Shown here: positions 41,643 to 55,100 of the stretch, piece by piece | How the letters are laid out: each line of letters starts with the position of its first letter | Position numbering within the stretch: the stretch's first letter is position 1 | NCBI GenBank assembly: GCA_046563655.1 | Contig: CM102290.1 | Coordinates: 13,764,001-13,828,000 of the forward strand | Reading direction: 5' to 3' | Source of the DNA: Yuukianura sp. NJ FZ-2021 | Taxonomy: Eukaryota | Length of the DNA stretch: 64,000 nt | Made by a program: the position numbers and the translations under genes | Notes under the pieces: model-generated | What the model was told of the DNA's origin: nothing | The model's database searches: none | The model's input: the letters and a program-made list of their open reading frames with translations, nothing else

Positions 41643-42007
41643 ATCCAAACAAGCATGCATAACTCTTCTTCTGCGCAAGAGAAGGAGATCTACGGTGATT
41701 TTCCTACGCTATTGTGAGAATGTAAACATTTCCAAGAACAAAGTACCCGGATATATGACTTACTTTTGTTTATTGGCTTCGATACACACTGAGAGACGAA
41801 AAAATTATAATTGACAAACGAAAAAAACAAAAGAGAGTAAATCTATTTCACATCATCGGCCCTTAAAAGCTTTGTTTTGAAATTACTTTTTATTTCAAGT
41901 CCCAATAAGTTTTCATTTTCAGAGTTATAATGTAATGTAGGGACGGATTAGAATTTTTAGAATTGTTTGGTTTTCGCTTGGTTGATGTTTCGTTTTTTTT
42001 TTAGTTT

Positions 42008-43059
42008 TTAGAGTTTGAGGTCTTTGAAAATGTAGCAGTCCCGTTGCTCCGTGGGAGTGCATTTTTGGAAGGCAAATGGACGATATGCTGCGCTGTAGGT
42101 CGTGTCCTCTTCAAATTTGTAGTCCAGGGGACGGTACTTATACTTCGGTTTGTAGTTGATCGCTTTTTGCTGATGACACGGCGGAAGGTAGCTGGAGTTG
42201 CACATAGTGATCCCACGGAACGGCTCAATGTATGTTCCGATGACGCGTTCCGCTGGTTTGATCATGCAGAGCTTCGTGTGGTCGAACGGAACGAACTGCA
42301 TTTTGTACGTCGTGAGATCGTCCATTGGTCCAGGATTTGGATCTTTGTAGGGCTTTGGACGACAGATCTTGGCCGGAGCACCGCAGTGTGGCTGGTAAGC
42401 TGCTTTGTAGCTGGATACGCCGTTGACAGACCCTTCAGTCCCCTTGTACTCTCCGATTTTGGACCACGGTGGTTTGGTATAAGGGGTCACTTGGTATGGC
42501 ACGTATGAGTAGTTGTACTCTGACAGGCCACCGAACAGAAAACTGGACTTGTGAATCCGACGTCCTGGGATGAACGGATTCGTCTTCTCATATGGCAGTG
42601 GCACGAAGTCGCCTTTGTACGTTGTCTTGTCTAAGTTCAAAATCAAAACCAATAATTAGGTATCACTTTATCACCATAAGTTATCGAGTTATCAAGATAA
42701 GTATCAATATGTTACATTTTTTATGAAATATTGTTAAGTTTTTATGAAACAATGATCCTTACCGTCCAATTTGTACGGCGATGGGATATAATAGTGTTGA
42801 GGCACGATGGCGCAAACTTTCTCGACGTAGTTGATCGGAACACACCGAGCTTGACGCTATAAAACCAAAACGTTACGAATTAGTTTAAAAGTTGACGTTT
42901 TTCAAACGTTTTTGACAAGATTAGGTGCTAGTATGTTACCACTGGATCCATGCAGAGTCCACAACTTGGGTCGTTGAGGTACGGAGTTTTCTCGTAGTGA
43001 CATTCGTGACAGGCAGCAAGATTGTCGCCTCCATCTTGTTTTCCACTTTCACGTGACAT
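42008..43059 (-). CDS. SAXO/FAM154-like stabilizer of axonemal microtubules, 3 exons: 43059-42940, 42856-42763, 42630-42008; 278 aa
   Basis: Repeated Mn-like motifs (TTYKGDFVP, SEYNYSYVP, SSYKAAYQP, TTYKMQFVP, TTYSAAYRP) with Pro-rich spacers; in-phase GT-AG splicing from AAACC-ATG at 43059. Confidence 0.78.
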
Positions 43060-43357
43060 GGTTTGTTCGGTAGTAGTGCTCCCGATTTCTTTTCAAATCC
43101 TGACAATAGAATTTCAATCAGAATGAGGGATGCGGGTATCCCCGGAAGTTTTGTGTCTCCAAGATTTCGTCGCTTCAGTGAATCCAAATCCAAGGAGTTC
43201 CGTACTTGACGACAGACCGACAGCAACTGAACCAACGACTGAAGGAAAATTGGGGGAGGCACATCAACAAAAAACTGCAAGTTGTAAACAAGATCAACTA
43301 CACTGTTACCAAGGTAACCACCGTGAGCCAACAGAGCTCGAAAAAAAAATTTAAATC

Positions 43358-43700
43358 AACAAGAATGCTATGCGTGCTTGCTGGGGCTCCGCCCAAGGTC
43401 AGTTCAATTGTCCTAATTTTTAAGGCTAACCAAGACTTTCTTCCCCGAAAGTAATGCGCTAGAAAGTTAGAGAAATTCTGATGGTGTTTTAAAAAAAAAT
43501 TGTTTTGGAATTTTTTAAATTTCCCATAAATGAGGAAAATCCATTTTAGGGTATTTTATATAATAATTTAGGTATTACCTAATTTTTACCTTTTTGAAAT
43601 TTGGAATTATGTTATTTAAAAAGAGTGATTTTCCTACTAAATTTTAACTCTTTGAAATTTGGAATTATGTTATTTAAAAAGAGTGATTTTCCTACTAGAG
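43358..43700 (-). mobile_element. Putative Helentron-like terminus plus ~2 units of the 59-bp repeat
   Basis: 40-bp motif shared with 33707-33746; reverse-complement units of the 1-335 array at ~43590-43695. Confidence 0.45.
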
Positions 43701-45730
43701 AGTTAATAAAAATATCCAACTCAATACACCAAACAACTTTTCTGATTTAAATTCCCTTAATCGATTAAACAGTAATCGATTAAAACCAAGAATTGATCAA
43801 ACGAATCATGTGAACAACTTCTAAATTTGAATTTGAATTAGAGCGCTTTTGCTTTCTCTGATTTTAATTCCTCCTCCAACATGATTCCATTTCCACAATA
43901 TCCTTTGTTCACTTACACTTCCATGATGTTTTTTTGGAATTAACATGAATTAGTTAAGTTAATTAATTAATAATTAATATCAGAAAAGAGTAAAAATAGG
44001 TCTACGGAATACCCTTGGATTGGAATAGAGTTTATGCTTAAAATAGTTCATAACACAATAACATTTTAACTATACTAGAGTTTAGTTGTAGTTTTAACAA
44101 AAAATACTAAAAGTCTAAAAGTTTCTTTTTGAAATTTGAAATTTCATCACATTCGTTTCTGTTCTTTAGGGCCCTAGCAAACTACTACTTTTAAACTCTT
44201 GTTCCTACACATTTTGTATAGTAATTTATGGACTTAGTTCACACTTCGACTGATTTCTTGCCTCTGAAATGCAGTTTAACACGGGAAGTTAAAGGGGAGA
44301 GATAAACATTGGATTTTGAATCTAAGAATAATAACAATTTAAGTCACATTAAACAAACTTTCCACTAAAACTAATTTTTTTTTACACTCAACTTAAAAAG
44401 TTTTTACTTAGGAAGTAAGCATGGCCTCAAGAATTTCAAACTTTGAAATCTAATTTGTACAAATTTTGGCAAATCTAAAAAGATCAAACAGGCGTCAAAA
44501 AACTGTATTGCAAAAAACTTTTTTTTTTCAACAAAATTTTTAAAACTGCTCACTTTTTGTTGCATTCTGTGAAAAGTTTTTTTTTCTTTTTTGTTTAGCT
44601 CGAAACTTTGAGTATAATTTACGTCTTGAAATTGCACTTAACTGACTTAAAATTGAGAGCTGGGCAGACTGAGATCGTCAATTTAAAAATTGACATGACG
44701 GAAACTGTTTACCATTTTAATTTAAAAAAAAATTGGTTAAAATCTAAAATCTAAAATCTAGTAAGCAAAAAAATTTAGAGTTTACAAGGAGATACGCCAC
44801 TTATGCCTCCAGTAATCTCAACTTGCCCCAAAAAAAATTTATGATGCGGGGCAACATGAAATTTGCAAGGGCAGGTGACTTACGGCCTCATCATACACGT
44901 TGCATTTCGTTTTTTAACAAAAGTTTTTAACCGAATCAAATACTTTTTGATTCTGGACATAAAAAGTAAGACGAACCATTCCGAATACTATTAATAGAAA
45001 ATACAAAATTTCGGTTTACAAGAAAAAGTTCGCTTAATTTTGAAAACTTTGTGAATTTATTATTGAATTGAGCTTGGCTACTGAAAAGAGAGTTTTGTGT
45101 GTCTTTAGTAATTAATTTCTGTCGATAATCCACTAATTACTTAAGAGTGGAACTGAATAGGAGTGGAGTCACCTGGGAAATTAGAATTGGAAAGAGAACA
45201 ATTGACAAGAAAGAAGTTGTGAAAAGTCTTTGTTACACTTTATATATCATTTGAAATGTGAGGCCATTATTGGTTGGAGAGGAAAAACGGAGAAAGTGTG
45301 CACAAAGTTGTTATTTCTGGAGACATTTTCATCTGTCTTGCCTAGACGGGCGGTTGTCTTTGAATTGAAAAGGAGGAATTGAAAGGAGAAAGCTCCACTG
45401 ACTAGGAGACACAAAATGATAATATCCACAATACAAAAGTTTTCTCCTGTCTTCGTCATTTGAGAACTCAATTCTTATGGACTTATCAACTTTTTCAACT
45501 CATGAGAAACACACAACCCTCAAATCACTTTCTCCACACAAAGAAATGTGACTTTCACTTCCACATTTCTTTCATTCCGTCTTCAAAACTTTTTTTTTGA
45601 ATTCCATGGCACCAGTTACTCTGAAGTTGACAATTATTGAAAATGCTGTCATGGAGTAAACATTATTCAAAATATTTTTTCGTAAAAGTATTCGAATAAG
45701 CATGTTTTTTGATCTTGTTGGATTTCTCCA

Positions 45731-45967
45731 CAAGGTTCGTTAACCAAGCAAAATGTTTTTCTACACCAGGTTGTCCAATAACTCGAAGGTTTAAATTTTG
45801 TTTAGAAAATAGTAAAACTTCCTTCCTATGATAATTTTTGTATGTAATGTAAATGGGATTGGTACAGAAAATTGTTTGAAGTCAGATTTCCACAAACCCG
45901 GTTTATCGAAACAAAGTTACTAGACAACCTGTTGTCGAAAATACAAATCGGTTGTTAAGGAACCTTG
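45731..45967. mobile_element. MITE family B (opposite orientation to 3510 copy)
   Basis: CAAGGTTCGTTAAC...GTTGTTAAGGAACCTTG. Confidence 0.8.
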
Positions 45968-46127
45968 GATTTCACAGAAAATGTTGAAAATGTGTTCAAT
46001 TTCGAAGGAAATGTTGAAAATGTGTTGAATTTCGAAGAAAAAGTGGAAGAAAGTGGAAGCGTGGATGACTTAATTTTTTTTGACTAAAATTGACTTAATG
46101 GAAAGTTGCGATAGTCTTTTAGTACTA

Positions 46128-49100
46128 TTAACTCATGGGATCAGATGGAACTTGACCCAGAGATTTCTCTTCGGCACCTGATGCTGTTGCTGAGGAAACG
46201 GCAGCATCAGCATCAGCATCATCTTGTGCTGGATGCTGCTGATGAAACCCCAAGGTCGTTTCGTCCAATTGATTTTCCTGTAAGGTTAGGGGGGAAGGAG
46301 GGGGTGTTGGCCTAGGCGTTTTTGACACAGGGAGCAGCGGGAAATTTGAATTTGAGTGCTTGACCTGAGTCTCTGTCGGACTTAGGCTGTGTGACTTGAG
46401 GTCATCTCCAGGGTCAGGCGGACTGTGTTGATGTGTAGAGTTGTTGGAGAGGATGGAAGAGCAGTCAGTGTGCCTGGCCATGGCGGGGAGGATTGGTGGG
46501 GACATGGTGGGTCTGGAGCCACCAGAGCCACCACCAGGAGCTTCTGAGACGAGAGACAGTGCTTCATCGGACATGAGTTCTTCGTGGGTGAGGGGTGATC
46601 CATTAGAGTGATCTTGGAAGGAGTCTCCATCGCAGCTTTCCGAGATGCTCATGCTCCCTTCCGAAGTGGTCGGTGGCAAACCTGACTTTCTCCCTGGATT
46701 TTCTGTTTGTTTGGATCGAGACCCTTTATCTCTTTTCCCACCGCTTTTGGAAGCCTGCACTTTGTGCTCAGCCGCTTCGGCGTTACTAATGTTATCCTGC
46801 TTCTTCCACTTTGTCCGACGGTTCTGAAACCAAATTTTCACCTAGAACCAAAAGTAAATAAATCATATGCCAAGTTGAGAGAGACGAGTCTGCAAGACCC
46901 ACGAGCGTATACGCTTATCGACCAGTACGTTCATGGACGGAAATTCATGGACGGCGTCTTATGGACGGAAATCTCTTGGACGACGTCATGGACGGATATT
47001 TAATGGACGGGCAATTTAACTTGTCCAGGAATTTTGTAGAGGTGAACTTCAAATTTGTATTTTTTTAACGAATTATGTTATTTTAGAGAAATTCTACTTG
47101 TAATCTGTATCCTTAATGTTAACATTAATAAATTGAAATGGACGGAATTCCATCCATTTGCGTTTTTTTTATAAGATCGGGCTTAAGACATAGCCAAGGT
47201 TCCGTGACAACAAAAAATAAGTTTTCTTTAACAGGTTGTGTACTTCCTCGCTTGCGCTTGTTGACAAACAAATGAGAAAAACAAGAGAAATTGGTACCAA
47301 TTCCAATTCGTAAGTAAAATTTAAAAAATTCGGTTGTATTGTTACGACTACGATACCATGAAATGAAAGACACTCTCTTTTTTTGCAAATTCTAAAACAC
47401 ATATGATGTATTACTCAACGTGTTAAAGAAAATCAAAGTCAACAAACCTTGGACATAGCGGTGGTTAAAAATCCGTCCATGAAGCACCAGTAACAACCCA
47501 TTCCGCCTGATACGACGGAATAGCTGGGCATATTTTCTACTAAATCCCATAAATTTTAAAAAACAAAAAGCCTAAGCAGAGCATAAAGCAGAAGCAGAAT
47601 TTGGATAGGCACAGCAACATCAAAATTTCAGGAAAATTTTGTTTCGTAGTACAAATGTTCCATAAATTTCTAAAATATTTACAAAGCAGGTAAATGTACC
47701 GTTTTTCAAAATTTCACTTCCTGGTGGCGGGTCATTTGCTTTGACCAAATCACGTAAAGTCATTCTAAATTTTAGTTTCCCTGCCATGAAATGCTAACAA
47801 GCCTTTCGTACTACTAAATCGATCACTTCCGTTTGCAACACTTTGACTATGAGGCACAGTGTTATAGTCAATTTGAGTGAAAGTTGGAGCACAGTTGGAA
47901 CAGTGTGACGGAATTAAACGTTTTCGGAAGCATCTGGGACGTGTCATGTTGTGGAAGTTTAAGGTTTTGGCGGGATTTGGAACAAAAGTGAAAGTTGTGA
48001 GAGGTCACCGAGGTCATTAAATCTCCTAATAGATTGGACTTGATCTCTTCCTCTGCAGCCTTCTACTAAGTTGTGACAAAGAATTGCGGATCCGTTGGCC
48101 CAAAAGTGATGGAGTAAGAAGTCCCAGTGGGAAAATCCTCTCCATTCCCGCCTTTCTCTCTGCTTTCTCTTCCTTCACTCCGCCAACTCAAAGACTCCAC
48201 ATAATAAATGTAACAGACTCTACAAGGGTCAAATCGATCCACAATGACCACACAAACCAACTTCAACGCACCAGTTCAAATCTACACACTCAGCACATGG
48301 GGCCTTGCCTTCTAGGAAGGTTCCATGCCATTTCGTCGAATGAATTACTGCGAAAGAATTACTTCCGAAACGAATTACTTCGATAAGAAGCTGTTAAGTA
48401 AACAAAACCTAACCATAATGATTTTCAGCTTAATCAAATCTAACCTAATGATATTTAGCCTAACAAAACCTAATTTTATTATTTATGATATAACCTATTA
48501 AATTTTAGTTTAAAATAACCTTTCGGAGTAATTTACCTCTCGAAGTAATTCGACTTTAGAAGTAATTCGTTTCGCAGTAATTCATTTGGAGTAATTCGCT
48601 TTGCCGTAATTCATTCGGAGTAATTCCCTTCGTAGTAATTCATTCGACGAAATGGCATGCTACTCCTTCCATGTCCACTTTCCTACTTTCATTTGATTCC
48701 GTGTCATCCCAATTCCACTGCCACTGCTGTTCCATGGCTCAATTTGCGTTAACTCCCAGTCGCCCTCATCCATAATCCAATAAACGTCGTAAACTCTGGT
48801 TTCATTTCCTTCATAATCAAGTGAGCAAAGACTTTTACATTCTAAAGTAAATCCGGCCAATTAGTGCAGAGCAGTCGTAACTACTGGGAAAGAGCTGTAA
48901 AACTGACGCACTAAAAATGACAGTGTTGGATGAATTGGAACGATCTCGAGAGATGATGTGATCTTGCTCATGTCAAATTCATGAATCACTGCGACGAGAT
49001 TTGATCGAGTCTGACCCCAACTACACCAGACACTCTGATTTCCTATGTCAATGTCCCTAAACTTGCTTTCACTTAGCTTAAGTTCCAAAGTTAAGCAAAA

Positions 49101-52100
49101 GTTGCAATTGTCAGAAAAAATTAGATGAAAGTTTTGTTCTTTTCTTTTTAAAGTTCGGGAGACGTAGACTATTAATACGACTTTTTCCGTCCGCTTTTTT
49201 TTTGCTTTCTCCGCTTTTCTTAAGCAAGCCTTGTTGTTGCCAAAGTTATTAAAAAAGGGAAAGTTGTGAGTGATTTACAAAGGAAAGTTCAAATTAGGCG
49301 TGGGATAATGGAGCGTTTTAGGCTCTGTGAACTCCGAATTCTAATTTGAATCAGACTAATGACTTGAAGTTGTCGGAAAAAGAATCAATACAAATCTATT
49401 TCTCATCTTCTTTGATCCATACAATGTTCGCAGTAGTCACTTTGATGGAGCCAATCTTCATTTGAACACAATAGACGCAGATATACAAGGGCGTTGGCTT
49501 CACAAAATCACTTTCCCCACTCCTCATTACACAGATTCACTAATCCGACTGGCTCAAATTTGAACACAACACAATTTCTAAAAATTTTGAACTGAAAATT
49601 TGGCTGTACGTTGCTCTAATTTCGAGTTTTTGAAACTCGAGAATCCATTTTTTTTAGCCTAGAGTTTCTAATTAGAATCTTTGAATTGGTGAAAGCACAA
49701 AAATAGATTACTACTGTTTTCGAATTTCAAAAATTTTGTGTAAAAATTTTGAAATTTTGAAATTTTCGGGGTGGTTGGGTGAAACCTTTTGGAGAAAGTA
49801 GGTGTGAAGAAGCTCATTAAGACGTGGAAGTGTGAGGATATGATTCGACAGAACTTTATATTGTCTGTTTCTAGCACATGAGCTAACGGAGGCGTTTGTG
49901 TGTGTATAGGAAGCTTTTAGTAGAAGCGTTGTGTCGTCTGAACTGCTGGTGAGGAGCCAAAAGTTCCTGGAAGGGTAGACTCAGACCTCATCTAAACCCA
50001 TTTCCCCTCCAAATCCATCATGAATCATATTTGGAGAAAGCGATGAGTCGGCAGAGGAGAAAGCAAGAGCTCCATTCCACTTCTGCTGCCCCAACTTTTC
50101 AAAACAGGCCGCTTCTCCTTCTCCCTCCTCACATCAACATCTCAAACCCTTCCGCCAAATGACAACCAACCTCTCTCCCATCCATTTTTCAAACAATTGA
50201 CAATTCCCGGGAAATTATAGCTTCTCTGCTACCCAAAAGAGCGCAGCCAACTCTCCCTTCGGCACCAACCACCATTTATACGCTTCATTTCTTATGATCC
50301 TCCGACTTTCTACCGTAAATTTTCAAATAATACAATCTTCCTATTAGAAACCTCTCCTTTAATTCTATTTATTAGATTTTGTCTACAATATATTCAAAAA
50401 TTGGAGTTTCGCGGTTTCCCGCTGTTGGAAGAGGCGGAGCCAAATGTTGCAAAATGAGAGGTTCTACTGTACCTGAGCAAGAAAAATGTTCAGACTTAAT
50501 CAAATGCTAGGAACGTCTCCTGCCAAAATTAAACCGAAAAATTCAACCGTTTTTACACCTGAATAGAATTTACAAGTAGTCAAAGGCTAAAGCCCATTAC
50601 ACAGACTAATTACATTTAATCACGCCTAACCATAATACCGTATAACATTCAGCAGCTAAAAGACTTGCATTGCTGATTTTAAGGATCAACGACTAAAAAT
50701 AGTAAAATACAAACGAAATCCAAAATTTGACAAATTTGAACCAGTTTTCAGTTTCTGGTTTTTCTTTACATTAAATTAAATTATATTAAGAATGTCTGTT
50801 TTTTAAGAACTGGAGAAAGTACGCGTCAGAGATGAAATCGGGTTGCTTTCGTGAATTTTTTTGCATTCAAAAACTCGTGTAGTTTCTCCCTCTCTACAAT
50901 TCTGACCAAACAAACAAGCCAGACTACAAACTACGGAAGAAAGGCTATGAACAACGAGGGGGGGGGGGTTCTCCGAGAGGGGGGGGGGTCTCCGAAGGGG
51001 GGGGGGGTTGAGTAGGTAAATAATACTTTGCCTGTCGTGTTTTTGGATTTGGTAAAAAATGAAAAATATTTCAATAAAAATCTGAAGCACACTTCAAAAC
51101 CATTGACACAAAGTAGGGTTGCTGGGCGGCTTGTCCCCTTCCATTTCCTTCATTCTCTGGATCCAATACTACGCTCTTCACTCACAGTACAGTTCCTTTT
51201 AACTTTATTTTCCCGGGTATTTGTAGAACCGAAGTTGGTGAAACTACTTTGTAGAATGTATAGCACAGTCTAAACAATAGTTGAACCTCCTCCGTCTCTC
51301 TGGTTCATCGGAAACTCATAAAGTATGTAGCAGAAGGACTCTCTCCCGCCAGAACTTTCTCTCCAAAGCCTTTCCAACTTTCTCACAAGAGTTGGACTTG
51401 AAGAGAAGCTCCTCGTGTTTACATTAAAATACATTTAAATAATTTCAGTTCTTCCAGGTTCGTCGACAGGCCCTTAATGTTTCACTTTGGAACAAAAAAG
51501 TATTTAAAAAGAATGAATTTATAATCCAATTAATAAGGAAAAGAGAAAGTTGCTAGAATTATGAACTGAGAGTGGAAAAGTGGAGGTTGAACTAATTAAA
51601 GAGCCTTTCTTTGATTTCTAATACTCAAGATAGTACGAGTGGAACCAAATGAGCAGATGAGTTGCAGCAAAGTCTGTTGACTTGATTTTCTTAAACAGGT
51701 TGGGCAATACCTCATCCTTTTTTTTTGATTTTGCACAAAAAATGTGTTTTCATTTCAGAGTATCGTAGTCATAATAATACAGCGGATTTTTTTTCAATTT
51801 TGCATGTGAATTATTGCTACCAATTTTTTTTTGTGTCAACAAGAGGCGTAATACCCAACCTGTTAAAGAAAATTCATTTTTCGTTGTCAGGGTACCTTTA
51901 GTTGCAGAGTAGTGTAAAATTGAATTTCAGAGTTGGGCAGATAAGAGTTTCAGGGTTGGGAAAATCTGTGTGTCAGAGATGAGTTTCAGAGTTGGGCAAA
52001 TTTGTGTTTCAGAGTTGGGCAGGGTTGAATTTGAGAGTTGGACGCTGAATAGGATGGAATAAGTGGTTCCTTTGAAATTTTTTTTGGTCTGAAATAGTCA

Positions 52101-55100
52101 TTAGAAGGAGTCGGTGCTGAGTGAGTGAAAGTAATGAATAGGAATTTGTGTGCTCCACTTTCACTCCTTTCTCCTCGCGAGAATAAATAAGCCCAAAGTA
52201 CAATAAATACAAGGGAGAGAGGGGGAAGGGCAGAGAGCTCCAGGAAAATGTGCGATAATGAGCTTGTTTTCCCTGGCTTTAGTCGAAGCGGGCTGGAAAG
52301 AGACTCCAGGGCATCAAAGTAACAGAATCTAACCCATTAGACGTTGTAGCTTTTCCCACTTGGTAACCATGGGAACCAGGCGCCATCACGCCTCTTCCCC
52401 ACATTCCCACCTTCTTCTTCTACTCAATTTAATCCATATTAAACTCAACTTTAGGCTGCCAATTACAACTGTCGCGTTGAAGTTTAAAAAAGTGTTTAAA
52501 AAGTTTAGTAGCTTTTTAATTTTAAAAAACAGGAGTGGGAGGGGCAGATCTGGTTTTGAAAATGTCATAAAAGTTGTTTTTAGTCAATTGCATTGTGTAG
52601 ACTTTGGAAATAAAGGTCAAAATGTAATGAGAAATCTACTTTGGAGTGTTAAAAAGTCTCATTTGGATTTTAGGATGCTGAATCTGTGTGAAACGTTCAA
52701 AAGTTTTGAGAGACAATTGAAAGTGGGTCTTGTGAGCCTGGAGCCTTTTGACCTCAGCTTTGAATCTTCCATTGGATGATTTATAACCCATGGACTTCAA
52801 TTAGAAAAGTTAATTACAATGGTTCTACAAGCAACGGCGGAACAATACTCACATTGGAATTGGAAAACGCCAGAAGCAGCACGAGCCAAAAGTGAAAGTT
52901 TTGGAGAAAATATTGAATTTTAAGGACTGTTTGGTTGAAAAGAGAAGCTAGGAAGAAATGATTACAGCGCGGAAATAAACGGTTGTAAACCGATGTATAT
53001 AAGTAGCGAAAGAGTGTTTTAGGGAACGTATGCTCTTTCCTGCAAAAGTAGAGAAGATGTTGAACCGTTGAACTGATCAACCACTTTGAAATAGCGAATT
53101 GTCAGTTCAATTCAATTGTGTAACGAACAACAAGGTGTGAACCACCCACTTCTTTTTTCACATTTTAAAAATTCGGTATTTAAAGGTTCATTTTTTTTAA
53201 ATAACCCAGATTTTCATTATTTGCGGTTTTTTAATTGTCTTTCTGACAATTTAAAAAAAATTGAATTAAAAATAAGGTAATGAGAAGTCTGCCAGACAGG
53301 CAGACAGACAGACAAGATCAAACCATAAAGTAGGTTTCGCTAGTTAACAAAGGGCACGTGTCAGAGAGAGGACTTGGTAGGGCGACATTTGAGTAGGAGG
53401 GAAACTTTGAACTGATTATCAACTGGTTGGTTTCAAATGATGGACAATTCTGTGATGAATTAATGCATGAAGGAGTTCTCTCTTTTCCAAAATGCATCTC
53501 CCCCTCGTCGCTTTTGCTGCCCGGGTCCAGATCCAACTTTGGCTCGTCAGGAAGACGTGATGTTTAGATAATGACTCGGTTTCATAATCCCAATCTTCCG
53601 GGCCCCTTCATCCATTCTGACTCCAAATCCAAAGGTTTCCTCTTTTACAGCAAAGGTTTAGCAGTAGAGCGCTACTTTCTAACAAAATGCCTCTCGGAAA
53701 CTACAGAATTGAGATAAATTAAGCCTCGGCGCAGCGTTTGTGCCGGAGTGAGGTTGCATATCGTTTCATAATCCATTGTGGAGATGAGCAGAACAGAGAG
53801 ACATGGATTCTATTTCGGAAACAAGGCAATTGAAGCGGGAGTGGAAACGTTTTGAAGGGGAGAATATCATATCATGTCGCTTTCCAACTTTTATTGATCG
53901 CCTTCTCTCCACTTAAGGCTCTTGTACTTCCAGCACAGCCCCAAAGGTCTTCCCAGCCCAACGTTCCTGAGAGCCCTTTGAAGCGTAATGCCGGATTGTG
54001 ATTCTAAGCGACAAAATACACAGTTCAGCGACTCTTTTATTAGGCTAAATTATTTGATGAGATGAAGGCTTTCCCTGCTGCTCTTCATGACACAACACAA
54101 TTTGAACCTAGACGCAACACAACAGCTAAAGTTCATTTCAAATCCAAAATTTTCAAATTTAAAAAAAATGCCGGAGTATGGTGATCAAACTTTCTTTTTT
54201 GACCCGGGAATGTCAAAATTTGTTGTTGTTTTCAAAGAAAAGAGTAAGGTGAAAGTTTGAGTCGTTTGAGTGCAGTAACACAATCGAAACAAATAAGACA
54301 GTAAAAAAAATTTGTGAAATTTTGCAAAACCTGGATTTCTAAAATCCAAAATATTTAAAATCTTCAAATATTTTAAATGTTCTCAAAAACAGGTTTTTCA
54401 GTTCCTGGTGTTAAAAACGGTTTTAACGGCGCAGCGGAGATTTAGAGTTATGCTTACGTTAGCAGGACTTATACATGTTGAGAGTTGTTTGAGAAAGTGA
54501 GGACTTTCGAAATGAGTTTGATCCAATCTCAAATTAATAATTGTGTAAGTTTAAGACTCATTTTCCAGGGGATTCTAAACTTTTTGGTCCAAAAACTTTT
54601 CTCCTTTTGAAAGTTTCTTGAAATGAGGAGTTTTGAGTGAGAGTTTAAATTGGTAAGAGAGATGGAATGCCCAGTCTCGTGTCCAAAACGTTAAAAAGTG
54701 CTGGAATTGCATCTGAAGAGAGGAAGATCATTAGATGATCAAACGAGGAGGAAAGGATCTGAGATGAATGAAGGCACAAGAGACAGTGGAAGATGAACAA
54801 TTATGTCGAAGCATCAAAAGGTCTGTCGTAGGTGCTCCCTCCGTACAATTCTTTGCTATTTGAACGCAATAAAAGTGTCCATGCTTTGAGTAAACCTAGT
54901 GTCTTCGATCCAAATCTGACGAATGTCAATGTCCGTAGATCTTTGGCAAGAAGAACGAGGGGAACCTATTCGTTCTGGCGATGAGACTTCACCTAGCGGG
55001 TGAACTTTATGGTCTGACATGAGGTAGGAGCATAACAGGTCAAAACAGCCAAATCAAAAAGAGCCAATTTCCAAAAGAGCTAATTCAAAAGGGCCAGCCG

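Noticed and set aside
42936..43331. 131-aa minus-strand ORF as first exon of the SAXO-like gene
   Set aside because: Starts at TTG and its frame is out of phase with exons 2-3; the alternative frame from ATG 43059 splices correctly.
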